Source of the DNA: Thermoanaerobaculia bacterium
GTDB taxonomy: Bacteria; Acidobacteriota; Thermoanaerobaculia; UBA5066; Gp7-AA6
Direction: 5' to 3'
DNA: 64,000 nt
Assembly: GCA_036271035.1 (NCBI GenBank)
Contig: DATBBK010000217.1
Location: 3,833-67,832 of the forward strand
This document shows positions 37,867 to 45,437 of the stretch, one piece after another (position 1 is the first letter of the stretch; each line of letters starts with the position of its first letter). A model generated the notes under the pieces. The model searched no databases. It saw only the letters and a list, made by a program, of their open reading frames with translations, and was not told the origin of the DNA. The translations under genes were made by a program, and so were the position numbers.

Positions 37867-39547
37867 GGAAAGGTTCCCCGAGGTCGGAGTCCTCCTGAAG
37901 GGAGGCCGGGAGAAGGGTTATCTCCTCTACGAGGAGATCCACACGATTCTCTCCGATGAGGCGACGGCCTCGCCGAAGGACATCGAGACGATCTACACGC
38001 GCTTCTTCGAGCTCGGCATCGAGATCGTCACCGACCCGGACCGTGCCGCACGCCGGCGCGCGGCCGACGCCGCGGAGTCCTCGGAGGAGGCGCGCGAGGC
38101 GGTCGAGAAGACCAACGACCCGGTGCGCATGTACCTGCGCGAGATGGGCACGGTCAAGCTGCTCGACCGCGAGGGCGAGGTCCGCATCGCCAAGCGCATC
38201 GAGCAGGGCGAGGCGAAGATCTACCAGGCGCTCGCGAACAACCCGGTCGTGCTCGAGGAGATCCTGAAGCTCCTCGAGAACGCGGGACGCGACTCGCGCA
38301 TCGTCAACGAGCTCGTCAACACGCCGGAGACGGAGGACGAGGAAGACGAGGAGCCGGATAGCAACCTCGACGATCGCGCGACGCGCCGCATCGAAAACAT
38401 CCTGAACAGCTTCCGCAAGATCGGAGCCCTCGACAAGGACATCAAGCGGATGAAGTTCAAGGCGCGCACGATCAAGAAGGGCACGAAGTCCCTCGCGCGC
38501 ATCGAGGCCTCGATCGACAAGAAGATCGCCGATATGGCGAAGCTGATCCGCGCCGCGGATTTCACGCCCGCCGTGCTCAATCGCGCGATCGGCATCCTGA
38601 AGGACATCGACCGGCAGATGGCGACTCCGGAGCTCACGATCCGCCAGGACACGAACACGCTCAAGAAGGAGAAGAACCCGACGCGGATCGACTTCTACAA
38701 GCGGCGGATCACGAAGTACCGCAAGTCGCTCCGCGAGCTCGAGCAGAAGTTCGGTGTCTCGCACGAGGACGTCAAGAAGACGCTCCGCATGGTGCGCGAG
38801 GGCGAGGACGAGGCGGATCAGGCGAAGCACGAGCTGATCGTCGCGAACCTGCGCCTCGTCGTCTCGATCGCGAAGAAGTACACGAACCGCGGGCTGCAGT
38901 TCCTCGACCTGATCCAGGAGGGGAACATCGGCCTCATGAAGGCGGTCGAGAAGTTCGAGCACCGCCGCGGCTACAAGTTCTCGACTTACGCGACGTGGTG
39001 GATCCGGCAGGCGATCACCCGCGCGATCGCGGACCAGGCGCGGACGATCCGCATCCCGGTCCACATGATCGAGACGATCAACAAGCTGACGCGTACGTCG
39101 CGGTCGCTCGTGCAGGAGCTCGGCCGCGAGCCCAACGCGGAGGAGATCGCGAAGCGGATGGACATGCCGGTCTCGAAGGTCCGCAAGATCATGAAGATCG
39201 CGCAGGAGCCCATCTCGCTCGAGACCCCGATCGGCGAGGAGGAGGATTCGCATCTGGGCGACTTCATCGAGGACCGTCAGGTCCTCTCCCCGATCGAGGC
39301 GGTCCTGGTGTCGAACCTCCAGGATCAGACGCGCCGGGTGCTGAAGTCTTTGACGCCCCGCGAGGAGCAGGTCCTCAAGATGCGGTTCGGCGTCGGCGAC
39401 GGTTCGGAGCACACCCTCGAGGAGGTCGGCCGCTCGTTCAACGTCACGCGCGAGCGGATCCGGCAGATCGAGTCGAAGGCGCTGCGCAAGCTGCGCCACC
39501 CGTCCCGGGCGAAGAAGCTCAAGCCGTTTCTCGAGACGATTCGCTGA
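37856..39547 (+). CDS. rpoD: RNA polymerase sigma factor RpoD (sigma-70)
   Basis: regions 1.1-4 incl. [30 protein letters not shown] and 4.2 HTH; TTG start overlapping the dnaG end. Confidence 0.9.
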   Translation: MAIEERFPEVGVLLKGGREKGYLLYEEIHTILSDEATASPKDIETIYTRFFELGIEIVTDPDRAARRRAADAAESSEEAREAVEKTNDPVRMYLREMGTVKLLDREGEVRIAKRIEQGEAKIYQALANNPVVLEEILKLLENAGRDSRIVNELVNTPETEDEEDEEPDSNLDDRATRRIENILNSFRKIGALDKDIKRMKFKARTIKKGTKSLARIEASIDKKIADMAKLIRAADFTPAVLNRAIGILKDIDRQMATPELTIRQDTNTLKKEKNPTRIDFYKRRITKYRKSLRELEQKFGVSHEDVKKTLRMVREGEDEADQAKHELIVANLRLVVSIAKKYTNRGLQFLDLIQEGNIGLMKAVEKFEHRRGYKFSTYATWWIRQAITRAIADQARTIRIPVHMIETINKLTRTSRSLVQELGREPNAEEIAKRMDMPVSKVRKIMKIAQEPISLETPIGEEEDSHLGDFIEDRQVLSPIEAVLVSNLQDQTRRVLKSLTPREEQVLKMRFGVGDGSEHTLEEVGRSFNVTRERIRQIESKALRKLRHPSRAKKLKPFLETIR

Positions 39548-39613
39548 GGAGCGATCGCACGGCCCCGGGGGGAAGCAGCACGGCCCCGGGGACGAAGCTC
39601 GGAGGATCGGCCC

Positions 39614-39786
39614 GCAAGTCCCGCGGCGAAGAAGTCGCTTACGAAACGCAGCATCCCGCAAGTCGGGCCTGCGTCTTCGATGGGGTCAGGTCTTCGGTTT
39701 TCGGAGCTCGAGGTCTTCGTGGCGTCGTCGCTCTCGCGTCGTCGCTCCGAAAACACGAACAGCTGACCCCGAGTCCGGCATCCGGT
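39614..39786. repeat. ~170-nt conserved structured intergenic element, copy A (downstream of rpoD, upstream of tRNA-Met)
   Basis: about 75% identical to 42861..43036; shared 11-bp long-range stem GTTTTCGGAGC/GCTCCGAAAAC enclosing a variable loop; shared blocks AGTCCCGCGG, CTTCGATGGGGTCAGGTCTYCGG, CGGCATCCGGT. Confidence 0.6.
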
Positions 39787-39829
39787 AAGTGCCGGGTTGG
39801 CGTTCGGGGTCGGTTTGTTATATTCATCG

Positions 39830-39903
39830 GGGTCCATAGCTCAGCGGTCCAGAGCCACCGGCTCATAACCGGTCAGACCCCGGTTCGAATCCGGGTGGAC
39901 CCA
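39830..39903 (+). tRNA. tRNA-Met (anticodon CAT; elongator-type), CCA not encoded
   Basis: acceptor GGGTCCA/TGGACCC, anticodon stem ACCGG with loop CTCATAA, T-arm CCCGG-TTCGAAT-CCGGG; followed by a terminator. Confidence 0.85.
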
Positions 39904-39967
39904 CGAACGAGGACGACAGATTGAGGCGTTTGACGAATCATTCGAAGACGATAAAGACGGCAACGAA

Positions 39968-40002
39968 AGGGTGTTCCACAACCGGGACACCCTTTTTCTT
40001 TT
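39968..40002 (+). terminator. rho-independent terminator after tRNA-Met
   Basis: stem AGGGTGT/ACACCCT with 12-nt loop followed by TTTTTCTTTT. Confidence 0.6.
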
Positions 40003-40030
40003 CGGGGCGCGCCCCGCGAGGGGTGAACCG

Positions 40031-40744
40031 ATGACGGATCTTCTCGGCCAGCTCTACCGGCTGCAGAGCCGGATCCGCTTCGTTCACGAGCGCGAGAAGA
40101 AGCGCGACACGGTTCCCGAGGACCTCGTCGAGGTCGACCGCGGCTTCCAGGAGAAGGTCCAGGCGGTCACGGAGCTGAAGGCGCGGCTCGGCCAGGCCGA
40201 GCTCGAGCGCCGCAAGGCGGATGGCGAGCTCGCCGACCTCCGCGAGAGGCTCAAGAAGTACCAGACGCAGCTCCGGAGCGTGCAGTCGAGCCGCGAGTAC
40301 TCGGCGGCCCTGAACGAGATCGACGGCGTCGAGCGGCAGATCCGCACGACCGAGGATCGCGCCCTCGAGCTCGAGGAGGAGATCGAGAAGTCCCGCGCCG
40401 ACCTCAACGAGCGCGAGAAGAATCTCCCCGGCGAGACCGAAGCGCACGAGGAGCGGATGAAGGACTGGCGCAGCGAGCAGCGCGCGATCAACGACGAGCT
40501 CGCCGGAGCGCGCCAGGAGATCCAGGTCCTGGAGGCGCAGATACCGCCTCGGGATCGCGCCGAGTTCCACCGGCTCGTCGACAAGAAGCACGGCCTCGCG
40601 GTCGTGCTGGTGGTCGGCTCGTCCTGCTCCGCATGCCACGTGAGGGTCCGTCCGGCCGCGATGCAGGCGCTGAAGCAGGGTCGCGAGATCATCTACTGCG
40701 ATAGCTGCAAGCGAATTCTGTACTACGAACCGCAGTCCTCTTGA
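40031..40744 (+). CDS. zinc-ribbon/coiled-coil protein (COG1579/DUF164-like)
   Basis: GAGGGGTGA RBS before ATG 40031; long coiled-coil followed by C-x2-C...C-x2-C zinc ribbon (SCSACHVRV...IIYCDSCKRI); the listed GTG 39971 start lies inside the tRNA terminator. Confidence 0.7.
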   Translation: MTDLLGQLYRLQSRIRFVHEREKKRDTVPEDLVEVDRGFQEKVQAVTELKARLGQAELERRKADGELADLRERLKKYQTQLRSVQSSREYSAALNEIDGVERQIRTTEDRALELEEEIEKSRADLNEREKNLPGETEAHEERMKDWRSEQRAINDELAGARQEIQVLEAQIPPRDRAEFHRLVDKKHGLAVVLVVGSSCSACHVRVRPAAMQALKQGREIIYCDSCKRILYYEPQSS

Positions 40745-40778
40745 GGCGTCCTCGCTTCGAGGACTGCTCTCATGCCCC

Positions 40779-41219
40779 GTGAGATTCCGGGCACACATCG
40801 ACGGCGCCGCCAGGGGTAATCCCGGACCGGCCGGCGCCGGCGTCTACGTCCACGCGGAGGAGGGCGTCCCCGTCGAGGAGCACTTCGAGGCGCTCGGACG
40901 CGCGACCAACAACGTCGCCGAGTACCGCGCGCTGCTGCTCGCTCTCGACCGCGCCGCCGCGCGGGGCGCGACGGAGGTCATGATCGAGTCGGACAGCCTT
41001 CTCCTCGTCGAGCAGATGCGCGGCCGCTATCGCGTCAAGGCGCCCCATCTCCAGGTCCTCTTCGCCGACGCGCTGAGGCAGGCCAAGGCGTTCGCGCGCT
41101 TCTCGATCCAGCACGTGCGCCGCGAGCAGAACGTCGACGCCGACCGCCTCGCGAACCTCGGCGCGGACGAGTCCGAGCGACGGCTCGGCGGCCTGACGTC
41201 TCCACCGCCGGAGACATGA
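40779..41219 (+). CDS. ribonuclease H family protein
   Basis: RNase H-like DEDD residues (AHIDGAARGNPGPAGAGV...NNVAEYRALLLAL...ESDS...NVDADRLAN). Confidence 0.7.
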   Translation: MRFRAHIDGAARGNPGPAGAGVYVHAEEGVPVEEHFEALGRATNNVAEYRALLLALDRAAARGATEVMIESDSLLLVEQMRGRYRVKAPHLQVLFADALRQAKAFARFSIQHVRREQNVDADRLANLGADESERRLGGLTSPPPET

Positions 41220-41935
41220 GCGCCGACCGGCAGGCCGAGATCGCGAGGCGCCGCGCGGAAATCCTCGAAAGCGTCGCCGCCGCGGCATCCCGGTCCGGCC
41301 GCATCGCCGGGGACGTGACCCTCATGGCGGTGACGAAGACCCACCCGGCGGAGGTCGCGCGCCTCGCCGCGCGCGCCGGCATCACGCGCTTCGGCGAGAA
41401 CCGGGTCCAGGAAGGCGCGCCGAAGGCCGAGGCGCTCCGCGCCGAGTTTCCGAGCCTGGAGTGGCGCCTGATCGGCCCTCTCCAGACCAATAAGGCGAAG
41501 ACGGCGCTACAATGGTTCCAGGTGCTGGAAACCTTAGACCGGGAACGACTTGCGGAGCGCCTGGAGGCGCTCCTCGGCGGAGAAGGAACGTCGCGCGTCG
41601 TTCCCGTCCTGCTCGAGATCAACGTCGGCGGGGAGGCGTCGAAGTCGGGCGCCGCGCCGGACGACGCGCAACGCCTTTTTGACGCCGCGCTGGCCTGCGC
41701 GCACCTCGAGGTGCGCGGGCTGATGACCGTCCCGCCCTACGACGCCGATCCCGAGAGATCGCGGCCGTACTTCGCCGCGCTGCGCGAGCTGCGCGACCGC
41801 CTCGCGCGGTCTTCCGGCCGGCCGCTCCCCGAGCTCTCCATGGGCATGAGCCACGACTTCGCGGTGGCCGTCGAGGAGGGAGCGACCGAGATCCGCGTCG
41901 GTACCGCACTCTTCGGAACGAGGAGCGCGGCGTGA
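41216..41935 (+). CDS. yggS: YggS family pyridoxal-phosphate homeostasis protein
   Basis: alanine-racemase N-domain fold with the PLP lysine motif (LMAVTKTHP), typical ~235 aa. Confidence 0.85.
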   Translation: MSADRQAEIARRRAEILESVAAAASRSGRIAGDVTLMAVTKTHPAEVARLAARAGITRFGENRVQEGAPKAEALRAEFPSLEWRLIGPLQTNKAKTALQWFQVLETLDRERLAERLEALLGGEGTSRVVPVLLEINVGGEASKSGAAPDDAQRLFDAALACAHLEVRGLMTVPPYDADPERSRPYFAALRELRDRLARSSGRPLPELSMGMSHDFAVAVEEGATEIRVGTALFGTRSAA

Positions 41936-42228
41936 ACGTCGGCAGCGCGTTCATGGCGGGGGTCCTCCAGGTGATCTTCGCGATCCTTTCGGTGATCCAG
42001 TGGATCGTGATCATCGCCGCGGTGATCTCGTGGGTGAATCCGGATCCACGCAATCCGATCGTCCAGTTCCTCTACCGCACCACCGAGCCGCTGCTCCGGC
42101 CGTTTCGCCGGATCCTTCCGCCCGGACGCACGGGAGGCATCGACTTCTCGCCGCTGCTTCTCCTGCTGCTCATCCTCTTCCTCAAGGTGTTCCTGTCGCG
42201 GCTCTTCCTCGTCCCGATGTCCTTCTGA
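41932..42228 (+). CDS. yggT: YggT family membrane protein
   Basis: ~98 aa, two TM helices; conserved position directly after yggS. Confidence 0.7.
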   Translation: MNVGSAFMAGVLQVIFAILSVIQWIVIIAAVISWVNPDPRNPIVQFLYRTTEPLLRPFRRILPPGRTGGIDFSPLLLLLLILFLKVFLSRLFLVPMSF

Positions 42229-42243
42229 TCAGGAGGTCCCGAA

Positions 42244-42762
42244 ATGCGCACTCGCCTGACGCCGCTCGAGATTCAGAAGCGTGAGTTCTCTCGCCGGTGG
42301 AAAGGGCTCGACCCGCAGGAGGTGCAGAACTTCCTCCACGAGGCGGCCGAGGACATGGAGATCCTCGCGCGCGAGAACGCCGACCTCGAGACGCGGATCC
42401 GCTCGCTCCAGCAGGAGAACGAGGAGCATCGCGAGCGCGAGCGCATCCTGAAGCAGACGCTGCTCTCTGCGCAGCAGGCCTCGGAGGACATCCGCGGCGC
42501 GGCGCGCAAGGAGGCGGAGCTCGTGGTCCGCGAGGCGCAGGACTCGGCCGAGAAGCTGACGCACCACGCGCTCCAGCGCTCCGCCGAGATCGAGAAGGCG
42601 ATCCACGAGCTGAAGGTTCAGCGCACGAACTTCCGCCTGCAGCTCGGGAAGATGATCGAGCTCTTCCAGCAGGTCCTCGACTTCGACCGCGAGGAGAGCG
42701 ACAGGGACAAGCCGCTGTCGTACATGACCAGGAAGGCCGAGCGGGAAGAGACGGCGGGGTAA
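42244..42762 (+). CDS. divIVA: DivIVA domain protein
   Basis: N-terminal DivIVA motif (LTPLEIQKREFSRRWKGLDPQEVQNFL) + coiled coil. Confidence 0.8.
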   Translation: MRTRLTPLEIQKREFSRRWKGLDPQEVQNFLHEAAEDMEILARENADLETRIRSLQQENEEHRERERILKQTLLSAQQASEDIRGAARKEAELVVREAQDSAEKLTHHALQRSAEIEKAIHELKVQRTNFRLQLGKMIELFQQVLDFDREESDRDKPLSYMTRKAEREETAG

Positions 42763-42860
42763 CGCGGCCGCCTTCGCATCTTCGGGACGTAGGGGCGGGG
42801 CTTGCCCCCGCCCGCTTTGAGACGATCACGGCTCCGGTCACGAGGCTCCGAGGACGACCC

Positions 42861-43024
42861 GCGAGTCCCGCGGCTGCTAAGTCGCTCATGGAACGAACCA
42901 GCCCGCGAGTCCGGCCTGCGCGCTTCGATGGGGTCAGGTCTCCGGTTTACGGAGCTCTTGACGCGCGCGGCAAGTCGCTGTTCGGTCGTCGCTCCGAAAA
43001 CGCGGACACCTGACCCCGAGCGCG
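42861..43024. repeat. ~170-nt conserved structured intergenic element, copy B (downstream of divIVA)
   Basis: about 75% identical to copy A (39614..39786); preceded by a GGGGCGGGGC/GCCCCCGCCC hairpin; continues into the tandem array. Confidence 0.6.
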
Positions 43025-43125
43025 GCATCCGGTCAACAGCCGCACGGCATCCGGTTAAGAGCTGCGCGGCATCCGGTCGACAGCGGCACGGCATCCGGTT
43101 AAGAACCGCACCGCATCCGTAGAAT
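43025..43125. repeat. tandem direct repeats, 22-nt unit x ~4.5 (GCATCCGGTYRASAGCNGCRCG), alternating two unit variants, abutting the hutI start
   Basis: units at 43025, 43047, 43069, 43091 plus a degenerate unit at 43113; the unit is the amplified terminal motif (GCATCCGGT) of the 170-nt element. Confidence 0.7.
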
Positions 43126-43131
43126 GCCACC

Positions 43132-44406
43132 GTGACTTCGCCTCGCTCCTTCGCGGTCCGGAACATCGGCACTCTCGCGACGCCTCTCGGGCACAGCGCG
43201 CGCGTCGGTCGAGACCAGGGTGCCATCTACCGCATCCACGATGCCGCGCTGCGCGCCGACAACGGCCGCATCGTCTTCGTCGGGACCGAGGCGGACTACC
43301 GCCGCGAGTTCTCCGGCCGCGCCGCGGACGAGGAGCTCGACGCCGGCGGCCGCGCCGTCATTCCCGGCCTCGTCGACGCGCACACGCATCCGATCTGGCT
43401 CGGCGACCGCGGCGTCGAGATCGGCCGCCGGCTCGCCGGCGAGAGCTACGCCGCAATCGCCGCGGAGGGTGGCGGGATCCAGGCGACGGTCCGCGCGACG
43501 CGCGCCGGCTCCGACGCACAGCTGCGCGACGCGACCGCGGCCCGGCTGGCCCGCATGCGCGCGCACGGCACGACGACAGCCGAGGCGAAGTCCGGCTACG
43601 GGCTCGAGGAGGAGCAGGAGATCCGCGCGCTGCGCCTTCTGAAGGCGCTCTCGGGCGAACCGGGTCTGCCGCGGCTCGTACCGACGCTCCTCGCCGCGCA
43701 CGAGATTCCCGCCGAGTACCGCGACGACCGCGGCGAGTGGATCCGGATCATCGTCGACTCGATCATTCCGCGTGTCGCTCGGGAGGGGCTCGCGGCGTAC
43801 TGCGACGTCTTCTGCGAGGAGGGCGTCTTCACCGTGGAGGAGTCGCGCCGCATCCTGACCGCGGCGCGCCGCGCGGGGCTCGGGCTTCGGGTCCACGCCG
43901 ACGAGCTCGCGCGCTCCGGCGGCGCGATGCTCGCGGCCGAGCTGTTCGCCGCATCCGCGGACCACCTCCTCTTCATCGAGGCGGCCGAGATCCGCGCGCT
44001 CGCTCGCGCCGGCACCGTCGCCGTGGTGCTCCCCGGGACCGCATGGTGGATGCGTTCGCGCCGCGCCCCCGCGCGGGCGCTGGTCGAGGCGGGCGTGCCC
44101 GTCGCGGTCGCATCCGACTCGAACCCAGGAACCTGCAACACGGAGTCCCTCGCCGCGGTCGCGGCGCACGCGTGCCTGGACTCGGGCCTCTCCGTGGAGG
44201 AGACGCTGACCGGCATCACCCTCAACGCCGCCGCCTCGCTCGGTCTGGCCGCGGAGATCGGCTCGCTCGAGCCCGGGAAGGCCGCGGACCTCGTGGTGCT
44301 CGACGCCCCCGACGACCGCCACCTCATCTATCATTGGGGCACGAACCTCGCCCGTCACGTGGTCGTCGGCGGGCGGATCGGCGCGCCGGTGATCCCGAAG
44401 GAGTAG
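43132..44406 (+). CDS. hutI: imidazolonepropionase
   Basis: amidohydrolase metal-binding motifs (DAHTHP, HADE, ASDSNPG) and HutI-wide similarity. Confidence 0.85.
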   Translation: MTSPRSFAVRNIGTLATPLGHSARVGRDQGAIYRIHDAALRADNGRIVFVGTEADYRREFSGRAADEELDAGGRAVIPGLVDAHTHPIWLGDRGVEIGRRLAGESYAAIAAEGGGIQATVRATRAGSDAQLRDATAARLARMRAHGTTTAEAKSGYGLEEEQEIRALRLLKALSGEPGLPRLVPTLLAAHEIPAEYRDDRGEWIRIIVDSIIPRVAREGLAAYCDVFCEEGVFTVEESRRILTAARRAGLGLRVHADELARSGGAMLAAELFAASADHLLFIEAAEIRALARAGTVAVVLPGTAWWMRSRRAPARALVEAGVPVAVASDSNPGTCNTESLAAVAAHACLDSGLSVEETLTGITLNAAASLGLAAEIGSLEPGKAADLVVLDAPDDRHLIYHWGTNLARHVVVGGRIGAPVIPKE

Positions 44407-44438
44407 CGCCCTTCCCCTGATCCGCGGAGGGCCTGGCC

Positions 44439-45068
44439 ATGACGAATTTCGCGAAGCTCACCGTCGAGGATTTCCTGGCCGCGATCGGCGCCGACACGCC
44501 GACGCCGGGCGGCGGCACCGCCGCGGCGATGGCCGGTGCGATGGGCGCGTCGCTCGCCGAGATGGTCGGACGGCTCACGGTGTCCAAGGAGAAATACGCC
44601 GCGTCGCACGACGCCGTGCGGCCGATCCTCGAGGCGGGCTCGCTCGCCCGCGAGGAGTTCGTGACGCTCTCGCGGGAGGACTCCGAGGCGTACGACGCGG
44701 TGGTCGCCGCGCGCCGGCTGCCGAAGGACACCGACGAGCAGAAGGCGGCCCGCGCTCATGCGCTCGCGCTCGCCAACCGGCGCGCGACCGAGGTACCCAT
44801 GCGGACCGCCCGGGCCGCCGCGCGGCTTCTCGCGGCGCTCCCCGAGCTCGCGGAGAAGGGCAACCCGAACGCCGCCTCGGACGTCGGGGCCGCCGCCCTC
44901 CTGCTCGACGCCTGCTGCGAGGGGGCCCTCCTGAACGTCGGCATCAACCTGTCCGGCATCGAGGACGCCGCCCTGGTCGCCGAGATGCAGCGCGAGACGG
45001 CCGTCCTCCAGGAGGCGTCGCAGCGGTTCCGCTCGCACGTCGTAGCGTCGGTCCGCAAGCGCTTCTAG
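44439..45068 (+). CDS. cyclodeaminase/cyclohydrolase family protein (formiminotransferase-cyclodeaminase FtcD C-domain-like)
   Basis: all-helical ~200-aa protein with FtcD cyclodeaminase-like motifs (TPTPGGGTAAAMAGAMGASL); sits downstream of hutI. Confidence 0.75.
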   Translation: MTNFAKLTVEDFLAAIGADTPTPGGGTAAAMAGAMGASLAEMVGRLTVSKEKYAASHDAVRPILEAGSLAREEFVTLSREDSEAYDAVVAARRLPKDTDEQKAARAHALALANRRATEVPMRTARAAARLLAALPELAEKGNPNAASDVGAAALLLDACCEGALLNVGINLSGIEDAALVAEMQRETAVLQEASQRFRSHVVASVRKRF

Positions 45069-45177
45069 CGAAAGTCCCCGATTTCGAGTCTCGGGTATCG
45101 CGCGCCGCTCGTTCCGACGCGGCATAACTTCAGCAGAGAAACGATTTGGACGTTCGCGGGCGCTCGAAAGATTTTTC

Positions 45178-45206
45178 TTGACACATCGGTGCCCGATCTC
45201 CATAAT
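45178..45206 (+). promoter_or_regulatory. near-consensus sigma70 promoter (TTGACA-17-CATAAT)
   Basis: exact -35 TTGACA, 17-nt spacer, -10 CATAAT in the ftcD-polA intergenic region. Confidence 0.5.
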
Positions 45207-45216
45207 AGGAACATTG

Positions 45217-45257
45217 AATCGCGCGACACCGATGACGGGTCGCGCGATTTGTTTTTT
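45217..45257 (+). terminator. intrinsic terminator about 10 nt downstream of the predicted TSS
   Basis: perfect 11-bp stem AATCGCGCGAC/GTCGCGCGATT, 11-nt loop, then TGTTTTTT. Confidence 0.55.
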
Positions 45258-45437
45258 AGCCCACCCCGTTCTTCCCGCAACGATCTGAGCCGATTCCGCT
45301 TCGTCCGCGGCTGAGTCACGGCGCGGCGCCCCTCCCCGCCCCACGGGATCTTTGGAAGGCGCGCCAAAGGGCCGTTTCGTCGCGATCCGGCCCTCTCAGT
45401 CCGCCGCGCGGACCCCGCCGATACAATCCGGCTCCCT

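Noticed and set aside
39971-40030. Listed GTG start (39971) for the COG1579 zinc-ribbon gene
   Set aside because: It lies inside the tRNA-Met terminator hairpin. ATG 40031 with a GAGGGGTGA RBS is the credible start.
43025-43125. CRISPR array
   Set aside because: The 22-nt units are contiguous with no spacers. No other repeat-spacer structure and no cas genes were seen in the window.
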